This document shows positions 45,674-56,421 of a stretch of DNA of 64,000 nucleotides, piece by piece. The position numbers and the translations under genes are program-made. The first letter of the stretch is position 1; every line of letters starts with the position of its first letter. The notes under the pieces were generated by a model, which saw only the letters and a list, made by a program, of their open reading frames with translations, was not told the DNA's origin and did no database searches. Source of the DNA: Picochlorum sp. SENEW3 (lineage: Eukaryota); contig CP120456.1 in assembly GCA_034226945.1 (NCBI GenBank), forward strand, positions 372,001-436,000, read 5' to 3'.

Positions 45674-48514
45674 TCATTCATTCGTCATACTGTCATTCAG
45701 GTCGGAGGAAAATGGAAACCATGACATAGTAAGAACTATTCTTCCGATATCTAATCGTTGCTCATCATTGACACCTGCCAGTTTTTCAGTTTTGGCTTCT
45801 CTGAGGCGATAGTTGCCTTCAACAACACCCTTTGTGAGGACAGGCTTTAATGGTATGTTTGCTGACGCTTCCACCTCAACATCGTCATCGAATGACGATC
45901 CACTGCTTGCTTCTAAGAGAAAGAGTTCCGTGCCATAGGAAGACAGCTTGAGGGAACTGGAAATGTTACCGAGTTCAACTCGGACCCTGGCATTTTCTGC
46001 ATCCCAGACTGGGACATGGAACACCTGCCCGCCCCAGTGGAGCACTCCTGGTCGAGATCCGGATTGGCAGTCCGTACTAAAGACTCTGTGATTTCCAAGG
46101 CTGTTTTGGGAGGCAGTGGTTCTCTGTAGCATGGAATAGAGGCCGGACTGGGACTGGTCTACTTGCTGGGCTGGTCCTCGTACCACAGAGAAGGACAGGA
46201 CTGGATTGGGTGGGCTGTCACCGTAATCAATCTTTGTGAATCCTACACGGATGCCCAAGACGCCGGCGTAGTTCTGGTCCGTTAGTCTCTTTCTACCCTT
46301 GGGAACTGGTGGCGGTAGCGACGGATCGATGGGAATCCACTTGAATGAGACCTTGACCTTTGCAGACTGTGTTTGAGTGGCAAATGAAGATTGTTCTAGG
46401 TTCACTGCATTATTGTCATCGGCAGTCGACTCATTATCTGAATCGTGGTCCATAAATGCAGACTTCATCATCAATTGCTTGATAGAATTGAACCATGTCG
46501 CCGAGTTTGTCTCCGAATAAGATGGCTCGAATGGAGCAGGTGTGCCACCAGCTCGGGGCAACAGAGCACCAGAGACAAGGCCCGACATGGTCATGACCGG
46601 CGATGAGTTGATGTCAATCCACGCTGATCCTTGCTGGCACGAATTCTTGAGGCTTGATTTTGATGTCGACGTTTTAAGCCTTCTGACGCCTGCAGATTCT
46701 GCTTCGCCTTCTGATTGCTGCTGCCAAGGAACAGCCTTGGTTGGTGGAGTCCATGGGCATGCAATGCCATGCCCATTCTGTTTTTTGGCGGCAAACACCC
46801 TCGATTCGACAGAATTTGACGATTCGTCCGACTCGAGCAGCATGTCAGCAAGGGGATTTGTTCCGCAAGCACGTGGCTCAATAAGCTCATTCTGTGCATC
46901 TGCATGAGGCCCTGCATCAATTGATGGCGATGCCCATGCAACGCGTTTCATCGGGCTCAAATGTACAGGCGTGCTACTCGCGCTTTCAAATTCATCAGTG
47001 TCAGTTTCCTTGAATGAAGATTTTCCTGACAAACATGATTTGAATGACTTGCCTGATGCATTATCTGCACACAGCATGAGTAGATCTGACACATCCACCT
47101 CTGCACTGCCAAGAGGCATGTCTGCTCCAAAGAAATTTTCAACCCTTCGATGCGACAGTAAAAATCTAAGTGGTTGAATCTCCGAGCCAATGACAAAGAC
47201 CCTACTGTGATGCCACACTGGTGCCAAGGTCTTTTCCTGGACTTTTGTGAGCGTCATCTGCGGCACTCCATCCTCCGAATCCTTTGGTGTCACAAGGCCA
47301 ATCCTGGGATTTGGAAGTTTATATCGACCCAAGAATGTACTCCTACGCTTTTGAAGCTTGGCTTCCTCCACTTTGATGACAAGAATCCCTAGAGGAGCTT
47401 TCCATGAATGAACTGGCATCATGTTCTTCTGTCGCAATGACGGCACAAGCGGTACAGACACTTCTTTTGGCCATACAATAAATCTATCAGTCACATTTAA
47501 AATGGCTGCATGAAGCCAACTCGAAATAGCCGGCAACGACATGATGTCTGGTCCTCCAAGTGCCCTCAGGTTGAAGTCAATCAATGGTTTATTCAGTAAA
47601 GATACTGTCATTCGTTGCAGAAAGGGAGGATCTTCAATAATAGGGCTAAAAACAAGACGAACCATCGCTGAGACTTGCAAATTCTTGAGTCCAAGTGATG
47701 CCCTGGACATCTTTGTGAGGCGCAGCACAACATCAGGTTCCCCAGCCCAGCGCAGATCAACATCCACAACAAGCGCCAGCAAATCTTCTTCATGCAAAGG
47801 AACTGCCTTGATACCACAAATGACGGGAGGATTTCTTCCCAAGGAAAACCTTGAAAACTTTATATGGCCATACTCTGCACTTGACTGCATCCTGTCCTCT
47901 ATAACATTTTTCAAAGCCAAGCAAATTGTGGAATTCAGTGCTGGCCATAATAGCCCCAAAAGTTCTTGCACCGGCTTACCAGCTTCCCATTCTGGAGAAG
48001 AGATCCAAGGAGGCAATTGACCAAGCAAATACCGCAAATCATCTGCTCGCTTCAGATCCTTCACCACCCGTACAGATGCAGCAAACCTTGCCCGCTTCAG
48101 CGCAGTCAGAGCCGTCTTCACCAGAAATATGTTGAGCACGACTAGAGATGTTTGAACCGGTTTACCGATCACAAACCCTACCGCGGTATTGAAGAACTGC
48201 CGAACACCAGAATTCCGAAAACCACCAAGGATACTCCCTACAGCATGCTGTACACCCCCCACAATACACACAAGAGCATGAGCATGTCTACCCGTGTGCC
48301 GCCTCTTTCTCCTCCTCCTCCTCCTCCCCCTACTCTTTGTTTCATTCCGTATTCCACCAACGCCGCTATCTTCGCCATTGTCTCTCATCTGAGGAGACGC
48401 TGACTCTGGTTCACCACCTTGTTGACGCTCCAGTTCGACAACGTTTTCAACTCTTTCTGCCACGTACGGTGGACTCTCCGGGGATTTCTTTTCTTCTTGA
48501 TTACTATGCAACAT
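45674..48514 (-). CDS. synaptotagmin-like SMP + C2 domain lipid transfer protein
   Basis: Hydrophobic anchor, LPPWI, SMP-like FSLGRNPP..DVDLRWAG..WPKEVSVPL, C2-like GILVIKVEEAK..KTLAPVW, second degenerate C2. Confidence 0.85.
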   Translation of the reverse strand: MLHSNQEEKKSPESPPYVAERVENVVELERQQGGEPESASPQMRDNGEDSGVGGIRNETKSRGRRRRRRKRRHTGRHAHALVCIVGGVQHAVGSILGGFRNSGVRQFFNTAVGFVIGKPVQTSLVVLNIFLVKTALTALKRARFAASVRVVKDLKRADDLRYLLGQLPPWISSPEWEAGKPVQELLGLLWPALNSTICLALKNVIEDRMQSSAEYGHIKFSRFSLGRNPPVICGIKAVPLHEEDLLALVVDVDLRWAGEPDVVLRLTKMSRASLGLKNLQVSAMVRLVFSPIIEDPPFLQRMTVSLLNKPLIDFNLRALGGPDIMSLPAISSWLHAAILNVTDRFIVWPKEVSVPLVPSLRQKNMMPVHSWKAPLGILVIKVEEAKLQKRRSTFLGRYKLPNPRIGLVTPKDSEDGVPQMTLTKVQEKTLAPVWHHSRVFVIGSEIQPLRFLLSHRRVENFFGADMPLGSAEVDVSDLLMLCADNASGKSFKSCLSGKSSFKETDTDEFESASSTPVHLSPMKRVAWASPSIDAGPHADAQNELIEPRACGTNPLADMLLESDESSNSVESRVFAAKKQNGHGIACPWTPPTKAVPWQQQSEGEAESAGVRRLKTSTSKSSLKNSCQQGSAWIDINSSPVMTMSGLVSGALLPRAGGTPAPFEPSYSETNSATWFNSIKQLMMKSAFMDHDSDNESTADDNNAVNLEQSSFATQTQSAKVKVSFKWIPIDPSLPPPVPKGRKRLTDQNYAGVLGIRVGFTKIDYGDSPPNPVLSFSVVRGPAQQVDQSQSGLYSMLQRTTASQNSLGNHRVFSTDCQSGSRPGVLHWGGQVFHVPVWDAENARVRVELGNISSSLKLSSYGTELFLLEASSGSSFDDDVEVEASANIPLKPVLTKGVVEGNYRLREAKTEKLAGVNDEQRLDIGRIVLTMSWFPFSSDLNDSMTNE

Positions 48515-48800
48515 TATAATCCGTGTCAATCTATAGGACAGGCAGGCATACTTTTCTGTTACACTTGCAAAGTCGGTAGAGCGTTCCTCCGTCTATTCTG
48601 GCCGACGGACATCGGATGATGATTACTAGAATAGGTTTTTATTTCATTCAGTCCAATTGTAAGCACCGTAGCTTCAAAACAAACGCTCAGTTGTCTGAAT
48701 GAACTTATTGTGTCGAATTAATATGTCCACCTCGAAAGCATTCGCCATCAACATGACATCCTCATTGCGCAGTATCCTGCGTGAAAAATAAACAAAAAAT

Positions 48801-49706
48801 ATGAGAATCGACTCTACTATCACAGCATTACGAGCGTTACAACGCTCCTATGCTGGGTTTTCCATTTCTTCTGTTCCGCGGGTCGCAACAAACCTCGGTA
48901 GTCAGCATACAAAGCATGATGCCTGGAATAGCATAGCATGTTTATCATCTTTATTTTCGACCATGGGGAAGAAGGATCCCATTCCTGTTCGTTATCAGCG
49001 TGCACCACGTTTCAGCACCTCTGGTCCAGTGTGGCGAGGAGAGCACGTACCCGTTCGTGACGACGGTGCATCGCAATACGGAACGAGAAATGATGATGCT
49101 AGTATAACGTCAGACAGGACGTATCCTCCTGAAAGCTCATCGTATGCTGGGCATCAGAGGGATCCTGGTATGCTGGTGGACACATTGTCCATGATGAAGC
49201 GGTATGAATCCTTGGGTCTTTCCAGAGAGCAGGCCGAGGCACTGACTCGAGTTGTTACAGAAGTCCTGGTGAAAAATAGAGAAATGCTTGCCGAAACATA
49301 TGTGTCGATGGCAACTCTGGAAAAGTCAGAATTGAAGGCTGAAGCCTCGATATCTGGTTTCCGGGCAGAGGTATTAAAAAGTCAAGAACTTCAGGAAGCC
49401 ACGTCGAATAGAGAGACTGAACGATTGCAAGCGAATTTGGACAAGGTGAAGAGCGAGATTCGGTACGAAGTGGACAAACTCACTGCCAGCCAGAGGCTGG
49501 ATTTGAATTTGGAAAAGGGGCGAATGAGGGACGAGCTGCAGAGCTTGCGGGATAAAACAAACGAACTTGAAATCAAGGTAGACAAAGAAGTGAATTCATT
49601 GAAAGCAGCAATGGAGCAGAGCAAGAATGATACTGTAAAGTATATGCTTGGTGTGGTTATGGCACTCATCACTGCTGGATTGGGAGCGGCTCGCCTCGTC
49701 ATATAA
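48801..49706 (+). CDS. DUF1640 (CCDC90/MCUR1/FMP32) mitochondrial coiled-coil protein
   Basis: LVDTL...GLSREQAEAL, IRYEVDKLTASQRLDLNLEKGR, C-terminal TM helix. Confidence 0.93.
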   Translation: MRIDSTITALRALQRSYAGFSISSVPRVATNLGSQHTKHDAWNSIACLSSLFSTMGKKDPIPVRYQRAPRFSTSGPVWRGEHVPVRDDGASQYGTRNDDASITSDRTYPPESSSYAGHQRDPGMLVDTLSMMKRYESLGLSREQAEALTRVVTEVLVKNREMLAETYVSMATLEKSELKAEASISGFRAEVLKSQELQEATSNRETERLQANLDKVKSEIRYEVDKLTASQRLDLNLEKGRMRDELQSLRDKTNELEIKVDKEVNSLKAAMEQSKNDTVKYMLGVVMALITAGLGAARLVI

Positions 49707-50177
49707 TCATGCATGATAGAGGAATTGGTGACAGTAGACTTCATTCATTGTGGTTGTAACATTAAAGATATGTCGTTGTGCGCACTGACATGTAATAGGA
49801 TCATGCACTGTAATGGGACTGACAGACAGGTACTGTGAATCTGACGCGACGTGGTACTGCCAAATTCAGCTCTGAGTCAGACACGGGAATCCCCAGCTTC
49901 GCAACGCGGTAGAATGTATTCCTCAGACTTGGGCGTTTTGATTCAACTGAAAATCTATTTCAAACTCGATATTGGTTTAAGGGCCAATACGGTATACATA
50001 GAAGAGGTATTCGGATTGTTTTATGCCGTTGGAGCCTTTATTGGACGGCAGAGCGCACGAGTCAATCGAACAAGAACTGTCCAGGACGTTGGGCTGTACG
50101 ACATTCAAACCAGATTCCATACCGATTTGTTCAAAATTTTAGATATATACTAGCATATAACCCATCAATATAGTAGT

Positions 50178-51599
50178 ATGAGTGAGGCTGGAGGTGATGA
50201 TGCGAATGTCGCAGGTCGAGGAGCACCGCCAGCTTCTCCTCGAGGTACCATGCCACAGTACCAACAGCAACAGATGTATTATGGGTCGTACGGATATCCA
50301 AACATGGGAAATTTCTCTGCATGGGACATGCAGTATATGCAACAATATCAACAATACCAGATGGCTATGCAGCAGCAGCAGCAGCAGCAGCAGTACTATA
50401 TGATGTTGCAACAGCAGCAGCAGCAGAAAGAACAGCCTTCTTCTTCTTCTTCTATTGGTATGTTGCAGGCACGAGACATGGATCAGTTGCGACATTTTAT
50501 TTTGCAAGTACAGTCGGAAGATATTCGTAGAGTTTTGAAACAAGCGCAGTTCAAGCCACGACAGAATGCGTTTACAAGTTTGATTCAGATGGCTGGGAAA
50601 TACAAGCAGACCGACAAGGCTATTGCAATATTTGAAGCTATGCATTCCACGCATTCTGTCAAACCAAACACATACACATACACAGCATTAATTTCTTCAT
50701 TAGCAAGGACAGGAGAATGGGAATTGGCTGAACAGTATTTTGGTGAGATGAAGAAAAAGTATGCAGAAGAGAAGGATGAGAGTGTTGCTCCGAATAGAGT
50801 CACCTTTAGCTCCATGATCAGTGCATATGAGAAGGCGAACAAATTTGATAAAGCCCTACAGATATTTCAAGAGCAGATTGAATCTGGTATTGAGCCAGAC
50901 TATATATCATTCTCGTCTGTTTTGAACGCCTGCTTGAAAGGTGGGGATATGAAGGCTGTGCGGGATGTATTGGAATCTATGCACAGTCAAAGTATTGTGG
51001 GACCTCAGCAGCTCTATGATTGCGTGATTGCAGCATATAAAAGTGACTGGAAAGGCGCTCTGGAAGTCTTTCTGGGAATGCAGTGCGTTGGGGTTGAGGT
51101 TTCATCGGACACATTGAACTTGATCATGAAGTCTCTGTGCTTGGGAGAACAGAAGGAACACGCACTCTGGTTGGTCGAGGAGGCCAAGTTGGCGGATATT
51201 GAATTGAAGCCGCAGTCATATGAGTCTATTTTGGCATTGTGTGCCGAACAAGGTGATTATGAGTCTGCTGATAAGGTGTATGCGTGCATGCGTGAAACAA
51301 AAAGTGAACTGAATGGCAAGCTTGCAGGAATGATACTTTCTGCACACATGCAAGGAGGAAGTGCAGTGGAGAAGGTTCGAGACTTGAACGAACACTTTGA
51401 AAGTCTTGGAATTTCACCTGTACTTCCGGTAAAGCAGGAGGTTGTTGAACATGATGCGAGTCCCGTCTTGCCAGGGTCGGGGGAGGGGAGTAGTGTCCAC
51501 GCCCTGAAACACCTAGCCCACGTTATGGGACAGAAAATGTGCCAGGCATCCATTGCAAATGATAGCCTGGACAGTGCTCAGAGCGAATTTGATATGTAA
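50178..51599 (+). CDS. pentatricopeptide repeat protein with Q/Y-rich N-terminus
   Basis: 35-aa repeats (PNTYTYTALISSLARTGEWELA; PNRVTFSSMISAY; PDYISFSSVLNAC). Confidence 0.9.
   Translation: MSEAGGDDANVAGRGAPPASPRGTMPQYQQQQMYYGSYGYPNMGNFSAWDMQYMQQYQQYQMAMQQQQQQQQYYMMLQQQQQQKEQPSSSSSIGMLQARDMDQLRHFILQVQSEDIRRVLKQAQFKPRQNAFTSLIQMAGKYKQTDKAIAIFEAMHSTHSVKPNTYTYTALISSLARTGEWELAEQYFGEMKKKYAEEKDESVAPNRVTFSSMISAYEKANKFDKALQIFQEQIESGIEPDYISFSSVLNACLKGGDMKAVRDVLESMHSQSIVGPQQLYDCVIAAYKSDWKGALEVFLGMQCVGVEVSSDTLNLIMKSLCLGEQKEHALWLVEEAKLADIELKPQSYESILALCAEQGDYESADKVYACMRETKSELNGKLAGMILSAHMQGGSAVEKVRDLNEHFESLGISPVLPVKQEVVEHDASPVLPGSGEGSSVHALKHLAHVMGQKMCQASIANDSLDSAQSEFDM
50370..50426 (+). repeat. (CAG)8 and (CAG)5 microsatellites encoding polyglutamine
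   Basis: Read directly at 50370-50393 and 50412-50426. Confidence 0.95.
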
Positions 51600-52039
51600 A
51601 CGTATTCTGATTCTCCTTGTAAATTAATGAAGCAATTTATGCCGAGACCGTCTAGGTTTGATTCAACTCTTCATCGAGTTGGTCACCTCGGGCGTATCGG
51701 TATCGAATACCGTAAAAGTTGCACTGGCATGGGTTTCTGAAACCCCTTGTCGACCTTGTCGATGTTTTCATGACAGTACACCAGCAGAAAAAAAGGGGGA
51801 TACGAAAGATACCATATCCATCGATACGGATATCAGTTCATACAATCGATGAAGAATTTACATCTATACTTTATTTTCATAATACACATCGCCCATAGTG
51901 GCATCTTTTCCCACAGACACATGTCCAATCCAGAACAGTCATCATCATCCTCATGTATGGATACATGGATCACCACGTCGACCCTGGTCCTACTACTATT
52001 ACTACCTTTGCAAACAATACCTTGTTGACACGCAGTGAA

Positions 52040-52924
52040 TCATGCGGCAAGAGCCTCATCATGCACCTCAACACGATGGGACGCCTTTCTAGCCCCAACA
52101 CTCAGAAACCCCTTTTTCTTCTGCTTCTTTTCAGCTTTCGCATCATGAACAGCAGCAATAGTATCATTAGAACCAACACTACTCAACTGTTGAGCCCCAA
52201 GAAAAATCTTGGCAGCCCTCGCCGGAGATGAATTCAACCGAATATTATCCATCCACACATCACTCTTCTCATCAATCTTCAGATCAAGCCCCTCCACAGC
52301 CACCTTCCTCTCCTGCTCAGTCTGAGCCTTTTCCAATTCCTTCATCACCACCGTCTGCCCCTCTGGACACGCAAACTCCACACCCAACCGATGCAACTCC
52401 TCCCCCAATGCCGCCGCATCAATAAACCCCTGTGTGAACTTTTGCAGCACCGATGATACATTCTTCTGCAACTCTTTCAAAGAATTCTCAAACCCAGCCG
52501 TTTCCTCCTCATACTTCACCTTGAGTCGCTCAAACTGCTGGATCAACATGGAATTCTCCAACTGTAATGATTCCACGCACTGCTGAAGAATCTTCTCCCG
52601 TTCCTCAATCCTCTGCACAGTCGCCTCCAATTCTGTATTCTTCTCTGAAACCGCCTCCTTTTCCTTCTCCATCTTCGCCAGACTATCTTTCAGGTCAGAA
52701 CACACGCGCTCCAATGTTTCCCGCTCTGCCTCGCTCATCTCCCGCCGAGACGCACTCTCCTCCAATTCATGTTGAACCTGTTCTAATTGTTGTTTCAATT
52801 CCTCCTCCCGACGCTTCAACGCACGGATCGCCTTCCGACCTCCAACCGCTCCCTGAGGCCCGGTGATGGCCCTGTGAATCTCAACAACAGCAGCTCCACC
52901 CAGTACAGCCAGAAACAGCGCCAT
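52040..52924 (-). CDS. coiled-coil protein with N-terminal hydrophobic anchor
   Basis: MALFLAVLGGAAVV followed by E/K/L heptads; ATG start, clean ORF. Confidence 0.75.
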   Translation of the reverse strand: MALFLAVLGGAAVVEIHRAITGPQGAVGGRKAIRALKRREEELKQQLEQVQHELEESASRREMSEAERETLERVCSDLKDSLAKMEKEKEAVSEKNTELEATVQRIEEREKILQQCVESLQLENSMLIQQFERLKVKYEEETAGFENSLKELQKNVSSVLQKFTQGFIDAAALGEELHRLGVEFACPEGQTVVMKELEKAQTEQERKVAVEGLDLKIDEKSDVWMDNIRLNSSPARAAKIFLGAQQLSSVGSNDTIAAVHDAKAEKKQKKKGFLSVGARKASHRVEVHDEALAA

Positions 52925-53152
52925 ATTTATGGATTATTTACAAGTAATAATGTGATTGTCTATATATCCAGGCTGGATCCCTTGATTGGCAAGGTTGGAG
53001 CGCTTCCCCAATGCCATGATTGAGATGTGGCGCTCGTTTTCAAAAAACATGTTTTTTAATAATCATCTATTTAATTCCTCCATGCAGGGCACCTGATGGT
53101 CCATCTCCATCTCCACCGATTCGTTTCTTGTCATTACGATTGATCCGAATTC

Positions 53153-54055
53153 ATGGTGATGATGGAGAGGTCGGATTGGTTGTCTTCGCTTGTCGTTGGA
53201 GGAGGAGCAACTGTCGCAGCAGCAAGCTGCTGGCTTTTATGGAATCAGTACAGACGGCGATGCCAATGGGTCTCTGAGGATAGAAGAGTTGATTCAAATT
53301 TCCTATCAGCAGTGGTGATCGCGTTGAACGAAGAGAATACGATTGGAGAATGCGTGGAGCATTTGCATTCGCTCGATCCTCCTCTTCACGAGATTATCGT
53401 CTGCGATGGTGGGTCAACGGATGCTACTGTATCAATAGCAAAGAAACATGGGGCTACTCGGGTGATTACGAGTGCTCGGAAAGGGCGGGCTGTTCAATTG
53501 AATACAGGCGCAGGAAGCTGTACATCCAACAATGCCGTCATGTTCCTTCATGCAGATTCGAGACCTCATCGGAGATCTGTACTGCATGCATACAATGTGT
53601 TACAGGATCCCAGGGCTATCGTGGGTGGGTGGAAGACAAAAATCTCTACAGAGAAGGGGGTGTTGTGGTGGACAACGTTCCATGAATATGTAGCTTCCTG
53701 GTTGTATCCGTTGCTGTTGAGGCCTCTTGATTACATGTGTGGTCTCAGATGTCTATTTGGAGATCAGAATATGTTTTGTAGATTGGAGCAGTTTCATGGA
53801 GTGGGTGGGTTTGATGAATCTCTTGTGATTATGGAGGATGTTGATCTGTGCTGGAGAATGTGGCAGGCGTATGGAGGTCGAATTGTTCGAATAGGGTCGG
53901 TGTGGAATGAAACATCGGGGAGAAGGATTGCTGCGTGGGGTCAGCTTCGGACATTGTATATTCACGTGCGGATTGGGTTTGGCTGGTGGTGGGGTATGGA
54001 CCCTGAGGATTTGTATCAGTTGTATCATCGGCTATACACGGACGATTACCGATGA
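53153..54055 (+). CDS. family 2 glycosyltransferase, TIGR04283-like (rSAM/selenodomain-associated), N-terminal TM
   Basis: IALNEE, VCDGGSTD, GRAVQLNTGA, FLHADS, FGDQNMF, GGFDESLVIMEDVDL, TSGRR. Confidence 0.85.
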   Translation: MVMMERSDWLSSLVVGGGATVAAASCWLLWNQYRRRCQWVSEDRRVDSNFLSAVVIALNEENTIGECVEHLHSLDPPLHEIIVCDGGSTDATVSIAKKHGATRVITSARKGRAVQLNTGAGSCTSNNAVMFLHADSRPHRRSVLHAYNVLQDPRAIVGGWKTKISTEKGVLWWTTFHEYVASWLYPLLLRPLDYMCGLRCLFGDQNMFCRLEQFHGVGGFDESLVIMEDVDLCWRMWQAYGGRIVRIGSVWNETSGRRIAAWGQLRTLYIHVRIGFGWWWGMDPEDLYQLYHRLYTDDYR

Positions 54056-54459
54056 TTTTATCCAGAACTATATTCATAAAGATATGACGCAACCACGTAG
54101 GACGTATTGTCCAACACATCCCTGCTTTGTTTCTCCATTCCCTGGATTGTGCTTTTAGTTGTTCCTCGCCACCAATGGGTGGGCTTTTATTCTGCTTGGC
54201 AAGCGAACAATAGATTGGGCTGGTGAGTGAAGCGATGCCATGTATTTTTCATGGCCTTAGGCGTTATACTGTCATCATGAGAATGTAAACGTTTCACCTA
54301 TAGGTGATACTAGGGGTCTTGGCCGTCGTGCGGGGCCTTGTATCGGGTGGGCTTCGCCTTCCATGGCGATGGCCATCGTCGTTGCCAGTCGACTGGCAGT
54401 GCTGGTATCAAGGGTCCTTTGATCCAAGCGATGGTGGCGACATATCCATTTTGTTTGCT

Positions 54460-55110
54460 TCATATTCGTGACCTCGCACTTACAGTGCATAACATATAAG
54501 ATTCTACAGATGTTGACACCATGGAACATTCAAGGCCGCTCAGCCATCTGAATGATGCTGCAGCTGCAAAGTTTGCAACCTTGTTTTGGGCCCAGACGTG
54601 CTTGCCTAGTCGTAAGTCCTCGAGCAGCTCCTCGCCATCTTCATTTCGATCGAGTCCTACGTGGACCGTTCTTTTGCAGAATTTCGTCTCCCTGAGGTAC
54701 ATCACAACCATGTTGAGGGTCAGGACAACCTTGGTGATGGTTGTGACCATGCTTTGGGCCACTTCCCAGTGGTGTGAAATTGAAAGACTCCTGTCCTGCC
54801 CTAGCAGTTTGTTCACAACTTCTCCAATGATTTCCTCCTATGCTGCTGACCACCGGGGTTTTCCCTCAAGGATTTCACAGACCAAAACAAAAGAATGACT
54901 GCCCACAGCCGGGTGTGTCAATGAGATTGTCCCAAAGCAGCCCCGTGGTATCGATCAATCTGCATATGACTTCTTTTTTCTCTGAATTTGATTTACGCTC
55001 CTTTAGAGGGCTCCAAGCTCACGGGAGGAGAACCCGCAAGGTCGTTGCGCTACGACATTCGTGGCAGTTGAGCTCGGCTAACTCCTTGCGCAGGTTCTCG
55101 ATCGACACCT
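54460..55110 (-). pseudogene. decayed reading frame with weak OTU-like cysteine protease pattern, possibly a transposon relic
   Basis: Protein-like text across two in-frame stops and one frameshift: LIDTPGCGQSFF / VCEILEG..EEIIGEVVNKL / LLEDLRLGKHVWAQNKVANFAAA. Confidence 0.35.
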
Positions 55111-56131
55111 GCTGAATAGTGTGAGATTCTATACTTATATGACATTATTCTGGTGTTTGTGGAGCGTGATTTGGCCCTCTATCGAGAAAGCTGACTTTTG
55201 CACGACAAAAACAGGTGTTCGCATCGATGACCGATTTGGGGAGAGATGCCCCCATCCAGGGCTGTCGAGGACAGGCTGACGCAGTCGATTTCGCAGAGAC
55301 GCCAAGTCGACGTTCGTGCACGCTCGCATGGATATTTAGATGGGACAGATTGCTCATTTTCGGTAGCATTGTCGAGGTTTGCGTGCTCGTCGTGTTCTGC
55401 ACAGAAAGGATTTCCCCAATTGCGCAATACCGATATAGTATGTAGAGGAGTTATACGTAATTGTAGGACCATAAAAACAATTTGTCAAAAATATTTATAA
55501 GGCCGCTTTTACTTGATTCCTTGGTTCCCGTCTATCACCAAATCTCAAATCGGGTCGGTGACTCGGCAAAAAAGTAGATTTCCTCAAAAAAATAAACTTG
55601 GTCATACAAGCATGTAGTTGGGTGTATATCGTCAAATAGAGTGCTTTACAACAATATAAATGGAGTATAATCTGTTCAGAATCTAATCTAAGCTGGAGCC
55701 TGGTGATTGGTGGCCAAATGGACCAGTCTCTGAGGCCTCTCTCCTGGCTCATATGGATGCATCCATCAGGCTGGCACTGTTGTGAGGCTTTTCCCCATTA
55801 TTTCTCATCGATTATCTTATACCAGTACTGAAACACCTTCTTCAACTATCCGTTGTCGTCAGAGATGGTCAGGCGTGACTCAATCAAATTTAAATTTTGC
55901 CGACTGGCCCATCGGCCAGAGGCTCACTCTTGGGGCGAGAGCGATGCATCATGTTCACCATTTGGACCGAAAGTGGTGCCAATCGATTCCTTTTGAAGAG
56001 ATCTATCTCATAGTTACATCAAAAGTTGTAAATTCTTTGTCATTGGTGACTTGGAGCCGTTTCTATTTTTTTGGCCCATCTCGTCGAAAACTCAGTCACT
56101 CGATAGACGGGAACCAAGGAATCAAGTAAAA

Positions 56132-56227
56132 GTGGCCTAATTATTTAATAATTAGGCCACAGTTAAACTGTGTGAATATCCGACACGGCCGCGGCAGCGG
56201 CCGAGGGAGATATGATATATATCCTAG
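56132..56227. repeat. cluster of inverted repeats ending in CTAG
   Basis: GTGGCCTAATTATT-T-AATAATTAGGCCAC (56132-56160), CACAGTT-A-AACTGTG (56158-56172), CGGCCGC-GGCA-GCGGCCG (56186-56203), CTAG 56224-56227. Confidence 0.85.
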
Positions 56228-56421
56228 CCTTTCGGGCGACCCAACTGACAGGGGAGCGAAGCGATGCTTGCATAAGACTCATGGCGGCCATAGAGTGTGG
56301 CATTCGCCATACGGGTCAAACTATCCGGTAGTATGATCACAAAATAAAGAAGCTGACTTTCGGTATCAGGTATTTGAGCATCGTATTCTTGAAGACTGCG
56401 TCGAGAGAGAAAAAAACAAGA

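Noticed and set aside
49851..50153. 100-aa ORF upstream of the PPR gene
   Set aside because: GTG start, no motifs, lies in probable promoter/UTR
31326..54055. Selenium/arsenic gene cluster formed by selD and the TIGR04283-like GT
   Set aside because: About 19 kb apart with unrelated housekeeping genes in between; no clustering evidence
54820..55030. In-frame TGA/TAG read as selenocysteine or stop readthrough
   Set aside because: Accompanied by a frameshift and no SECIS-like element recognised; decay is the simpler explanation
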